From an uncultured Thermoleophilia bacterium (GTDB lineage: Bacteria > Actinomycetota > Thermoleophilia > Miltoncostaeales > Miltoncostaeaceae), in contig CAWJEW010000007.1 in NCBI GenBank assembly GCA_963842065.1, forward strand, positions 146,707-210,706: 64,000 bases of DNA. Direction: 5' to 3'. Both the position numbers and the translations under genes were made by a program. Shown here in pieces: positions 60,045 through 64,000 of this stretch (positions are counted from its first letter, which is position 1; every line of letters starts with the position of its first letter). The notes below the pieces were generated by a model that did no database searches, was not told the DNA's origin, and saw nothing but the letters and a program-made list of their open reading frames with translations.

Positions 60045-60770
60045 TCAGACCTTGCCGCCGTTGACCTGCTGCATGGCCTGGGTGATCTGCCGATTCCGGT
60101 ACGTCGCCCTGCACCACGATCGCCCCCTTGGGCCCGTGGATGAGAAACGTCGGGGTCGCCTCCTGGTCACCGGCGGCGGAGGTGTCGGCTTGCGAAGCTA
60201 GTTGGCGATGTTCAGGAACTGGATCGCCACGCCCTGCCCGGCGTTGACCTGGTTCCACTGGGCGATGTTGACACCCGAGGTCGTCGCCGCGTCGTTGAGC
60301 ACGCCGTTGGTCAGCCACTGGTCGAGCTCGTCGCCTTGGTTGCGCAGGACCAGCTCGGTGAAGTACCACATGCGGTTCTGGGGTGCGGTGGCCAGCCCGG
60401 CCAGGGCCGCCGTCTCGGATTGGTTGCCTGGTTGGATGATGTGGACCGGACGCAGCTCGATCGTCGCCTTCCCGGTCCGCACATAGTCCTGGATCAGCAA
60501 GGGCACCAGGTTGTGGCTGGCGGCGCCACAGACCGGGCACTTGTAGTCCATGTACTCGATGATGCCGATCGGGGCCTTGGCATCACCAAGCACCTGCCCG
60601 TTCTGGGGGATCCCGTTGAGCATCTGCGCGACGTTCGGGTAATCCGCCGTGAACTTCTTCGCATAGGTCGCGTCGCTCGTGCTGCTCTTGGTGGCCTGCT
60701 GGATACCGATGACCACCCCAGCTACCACGATCGCGGCGATGATCACGGCGATGATGGCCTTCTTCGACAA
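60045..60770 (-). pseudogene. membrane-anchored DsbA-family thiol:disulfide oxidoreductase, two apparent compensating frame breaks (about 60198-60210 and about 60085-60100)
   Basis: TTG 60770 is preceded by GGGGAGGG. An N-terminal TM anchor is followed by the active site YKCPVC in frame A. The conserved ATPTFLIHG segment appears only in frame B after an in-frame TAG at 60198-60200. The tail QITQAMQQVNGGKV* is back in frame A. Confidence 0.7.
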
Positions 60771-60981
60771 CGCACCCTCCCCGGAGATGTCAACTGGGAC
60801 TTGGCACGCATGCCGTGCGCAAGCCAGCGGCCCCGTGCCCGCCAACACAATGACAGCCCGTCTACGGGAAATCCTGATCGGGGGCGTCACGCAACATCCG
60901 CGCAATCCCAGCAAAAGCTTACGTGCGCGGGCGGCATCGCAGGTTCGGTGCCCGGAGTCGCCTCCCTTCGCCCACGCCGGG

Positions 60982-62859
60982 TCAGCCCGGACCGGTGGCG
61001 CCGGCCGCGGCGCGGCCGGGATCTGGCGCCCGCCGAGATGCGCCGCGAAGAACCGCTCGATCGCCCCGAAGGCGTCCAGTCGGTTCTCGGGCTTGACGAA
61101 CCCGTGCCCCTCGTCGTCCTTGCAGATGTAGTCGACCGGAACACCGCGCCCACGGAGCGCGGCCACGATCTGATCGCTTTCCTGCTTGGTCACACGCGGG
61201 TCGTTGGCGCCCTGAATGACCAACAGCGGCGTCGTGATGCGGTCGACGAAGTTCAGCGGCGAGCGCCGCTGCATGTCGGCCAGATCGTCGGGGTCCTCGG
61301 GGTCGCCGACGTAACGGAACCACGTGCTGGCCAGCAGCGGGCGCCAGTACGCGGGGAACGAACGCGCCAGGGTCACCAGGCTCGACGGGCCGACGTAGCT
61401 GACGGCCGCCGCGAACACATCGGGTGTGAACGTCACCCCGACCAGCGCCGCATAGCCGCCGTAGGACCCGCCGTAGATCCCCACCCGTCCCGGATCCGCG
61501 ATGCCCTGGGCGACCGCCCACTCGACCCCGTCGATCAGGTCGTCGTGCATCTTGCCGGCAAACTCGTGCTCGGCCGCATGCATGAACCGCTTGCCAAAGC
61601 CCGGTCGAGCCGCGGTAGTTGACCTGCAGCACCGCGTACCCGCGGTTGGCGAGGAACTGGACGGTCGGCTCGTAGCCCCACGCGTCCCGTGCCCACGGAC
61701 CGCCGTGCACATAGAGCACCATCGGCAGATCCGTCCCCGGAGAGCCGACCGGGAGTGTCAGGTAGCTGCGCAGCACCAGGCCGTCGCGGGAAGGGATCGA
61801 GACGGGCGTCATCGGCGCAAGCGTGGCCGGATCGAGCCACGGGCGCGAGCGGTACAGGAACTCGGAGCTGCGGCTGGTGCGGTCGAACAGGAAGGTCGCG
61901 CCCGGATCGCGGTCGTCGTCAAAGCCGACGATCCAGGCGGTCTCCTCCGCATCCTGGCCGCTGATCCCCGGGTCGCCATGGTGCAACCGGCCGACGGCCT
62001 CCCAATCGGCGCGGAAGCGCTCGTCGAAGCTGTGGACGACCAGTCGGTCGCGCAGATAGGCGGCCGCGAGCAATTCGCCGGTCTTGTCGGAGACAACGGG
62101 TGCGGCGAGATCCGCCTCCTCGTCGGCGTCGATGACGCGCTCTTGGCCCGTCGCCAAATCGAGCTCGACGAGGCGCATCAGGTCGGCGTCGCGGGCGCTT
62201 GCGACCCACAGCGCGGCGCCGTCGGGGGTGAACCCGGCGATGTAGCCGTTGTCCTCGTTGGCGTATTCGGCCACCTGCCGGAAGGGCCCGCTGGCGTCGT
62301 CGCGCACCAGGATGGCGAAATCCCCGGCCGGCGTCTGGGCGCGCGCCGCGCGCAGGACGCCATCGCGATCGGCGTTCCAGCCGACCACGTTGCCCGGATT
62401 CTCGGCGACCGGAACCAGCCGCCCGGAGGCCAGGTTCAGCGCATAGACGTCGAACACGCTCGCGTCCCGCTTGTTCATCGAGACCAGGATCTGCCGTGGG
62501 GTAGCGCGCGGCGCGGCGACGATGCCCGCGCGGATGCCCGAGAACGGGGTCAGATCCCGCACACGGTCCGGGACCCGGGGGTCGACAGCGTAGACGTGGT
62601 AGTTCTCGTCACCGCCCGAGTCCTGCACGTACAGGATGTAGCGGCCGTCGCGCGACCAAAAGTAGCTGCTTACGCCCCGATTCCGGTCATCGGTGATCGG
62701 GCGCTCGGGCCCGCCGGCGCGGGGACGCACCCACACGTTGAGCACGCCCTCGCGGGGTGCGAGGAACGAGATCGTCTGCCCGTCGGGCGACAGACGCGCG
62801 GCGGCCCGCTCGGGATTGTCAAAGAAATGCTCGAGCGGGAGAAGGGGTGCGGTGCTCAT
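60982..62859 (-). pseudogene. S9-family (prolyl oligopeptidase / acylaminoacyl peptidase type) serine peptidase, frame break near 61598-61604; the 3' end is uncertain
   Basis: A beta-propeller N-domain and the start of the hydrolase domain (VLYVHGGPWARD...VNYRGSTG) lie in the frame of ORF 60982..62859. FGKRFMHAA...GGSYGGY...GANDPRV...EGHGF continues in the frame of ORF 60198..61712. Confidence 0.8.
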
Positions 62860-62932
62860 CGGCGGATAATGCTAGTGGTCTGCCGTGCCGCACGCCGCGC
62901 GAACGGACGCGGTCCGGCGCGCCGACGCGATA

Positions 62933-62949
62933 CCTGAGAGACTCTCAGG
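62933..62949. promoter_or_regulatory. perfect 8+8 inverted repeat (cctgagag a ctctcagg) upstream of the fabD promoter; possible operator
   Basis: Read directly from the sequence. It lies in the divergent intergenic region between the S9 peptidase gene and fabD. Confidence 0.3.
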
Positions 62950-62963
62950 GCAGGAACGCAAAG

Positions 62964-62993
62964 TTGACTGCGCAAGGTGCCGACCCCTAGATT
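62964..62993 (+). promoter_or_regulatory. sigma-70/sigA-like promoter candidate for fabD
   Basis: TTGACT (62964-62969), an 18-nt spacer and TAGATT (62988-62993) lie about 58 nt upstream of the GTG at 63051. Confidence 0.35.
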
Positions 62994-63050
62994 ACGGGAT
63001 CGCCATTTGCAGGCTCAGCAGAGCCCGGGCGCACGACGGTGGGAGCCAGT

Positions 63051-64000
63051 GTGGGACCAACGAGTTCATCGAGCGGCAAGATCGCGCTGATGTTTCCGGG
63101 CCAGGGCTCGCAGCAGGTTGGCATGGGCGCCGGACTGCATCGTGAGTACGCCGTGGCACGCGCGACCTTCGACGAAGCCAACGATGTGCTCGGCTACGAC
63201 CTGGCGCGCCTCTGCTTTGAGGGCCCCCACGAGCGACTGATGCGGACCGACTTCTGCCAGCCGGCGGTGCTCACCACCTCGGTGGCCGCATGGCGCGTGG
63301 CCCACGCGCACGGCCTGGAGGCGGACCTGGCGATGGGGCACTCGCTCGGGGAGTACGCGGCCCTGGTCGCCTCCGAGACGATCGGCTTCGAGGCGGCCCT
63401 ACGCCTGGTCGTCGAACGCGGCCTGGCGACCGAGGAGGTCGCGGCGCGCGTTCCCGGCCAGATGGCGGCACTGCTGGGCGCCACCGACGAGGAAGCCGAG
63501 GCGCTGTGCCGGGAGGCCGGAGACGTCTGGCCGGCCAACTACAACTGTCCGGGCCAGATCGTGGCCTCGGGTGGCCACCGCGGCATCGACCGCCTGGTGG
63601 AGATCGCCCGGACGCACGGGTTCAAGACGCGCGTGCTGGACATCGAAGGCGCGTTTCACTCCTCGGTGATGGCGCCAGCCGCCGACCGCCTGCGCGAGGC
63701 ACTCGCCGGCGTGCGCTTCTCGACGCCGTCGATGCCGTTTCTCTCGGCCACGACCGCGGCGATCGAGGCCAAGGCCGATCGCGTGCGGGGCCTGCTTGCC
63801 CAGCAGTTGACCGCACCGGTCAAGTTCACGCAGTCGGTACGCACGGCGATGGATCTCGGGGTGGATCAATTCGTCGAATGCGGCCCCCGGCGCGTCCTGG
63901 TCGGACTGGTACGCCGGATCCGCACGGACGTCGAGGTGCTGCACGTCGGATCCCCCGACGACCTGCCCGCAATTGTTGCGCTTGCCCAAGCGCGTGCCGA
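63051..64000 (+). CDS. fabD: ACP S-malonyltransferase (3' end lies outside the window)
   Basis: The frame is open to the window end and is not in the ORF track because it has no stop. LMFPGQGSQ, the active-site GHSLGEY and FHS are present. GTG 63051 is preceded by GGGAG. Confidence 0.85.
   Translation, partial: MGPTSSSSGKIALMFPGQGSQQVGMGAGLHREYAVARATFDEANDVLGYDLARLCFEGPHERLMRTDFCQPAVLTTSVAAWRVAHAHGLEADLAMGHSLGEYAALVASETIGFEAALRLVVERGLATEEVAARVPGQMAALLGATDEEAEALCREAGDVWPANYNCPGQIVASGGHRGIDRLVEIARTHGFKTRVLDIEGAFHSSVMAPAADRLREALAGVRFSTPSMPFLSATTAAIEAKADRVRGLLAQQLTAPVKFTQSVRTAMDLGVDQFVECGPRRVLVGLVRRIRTDVEVLHVGSPDDLPAIVALAQARA

Overview
Very GC-rich, gene-dense bacterial chromosome segment. Gene content and codon style look actinobacterial, but the taxon cannot be fixed from the sequence alone. 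Nearly everything is core metabolism or housekeeping. In order:
- pstA (3' end) and pstB, then envelope genes (UPF0104 membrane protein, NodB deacetylase, LCP protein), rsmI, metG-tatD-rsmA-ispE, ppk1, a LysR/SDR divergent pair, infA, a thioredoxin-TPR protein, ettA, acnA and lpdA.
- A complete hopanoid cluster: hpnO-like aminotransferase | hpnC-hpnD-hpnE-polyprenyl synthase-shc-hpnG-hpnH | IMPase | ispH.
- A UDPGP-family enzyme, a Zn-ADH, hemQ/chdC and a three-gene hypothetical locus.
- rpsF-ssb-rplI-dnaB, with rpsR absent.
- An 11-gene purine block (purA | IS481-family insertion | purD-B-C-S-Q-L-F-M-N-H) with start/stop overlaps at most junctions.
- A trypsin-like protease, ald, an orphan NarL-type regulator, a DsbA-like/VKOR pair, an S9 peptidase and the start of fabD.

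One mobile element is delimited, with inverted repeats and a CTAG-containing target duplication. I found no rRNA, tRNA or CRISPR array.

The strongest unexplained signal is at least 12 single-base frame breaks inside conserved genes, including the normally essential metG and ispE. They cluster in two patches (about 5.7-13.2 kb and 59.6-61.6 kb), with none in the roughly 45 kb between. I read these as local indel errors at short homopolymers rather than biology, but that needs read-level confirmation. Two conserved genes, infA and tatD, also lack any canonical start codon.

I found no convincing novel defence or other new system. The best candidates for unknown biology are the hypothetical locus at 37.2-39.9 kb and a small Cys/His-rich ORF next to ettA. 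Start coordinates are best guesses from motifs, SD-like sequences and start/stop overlaps.
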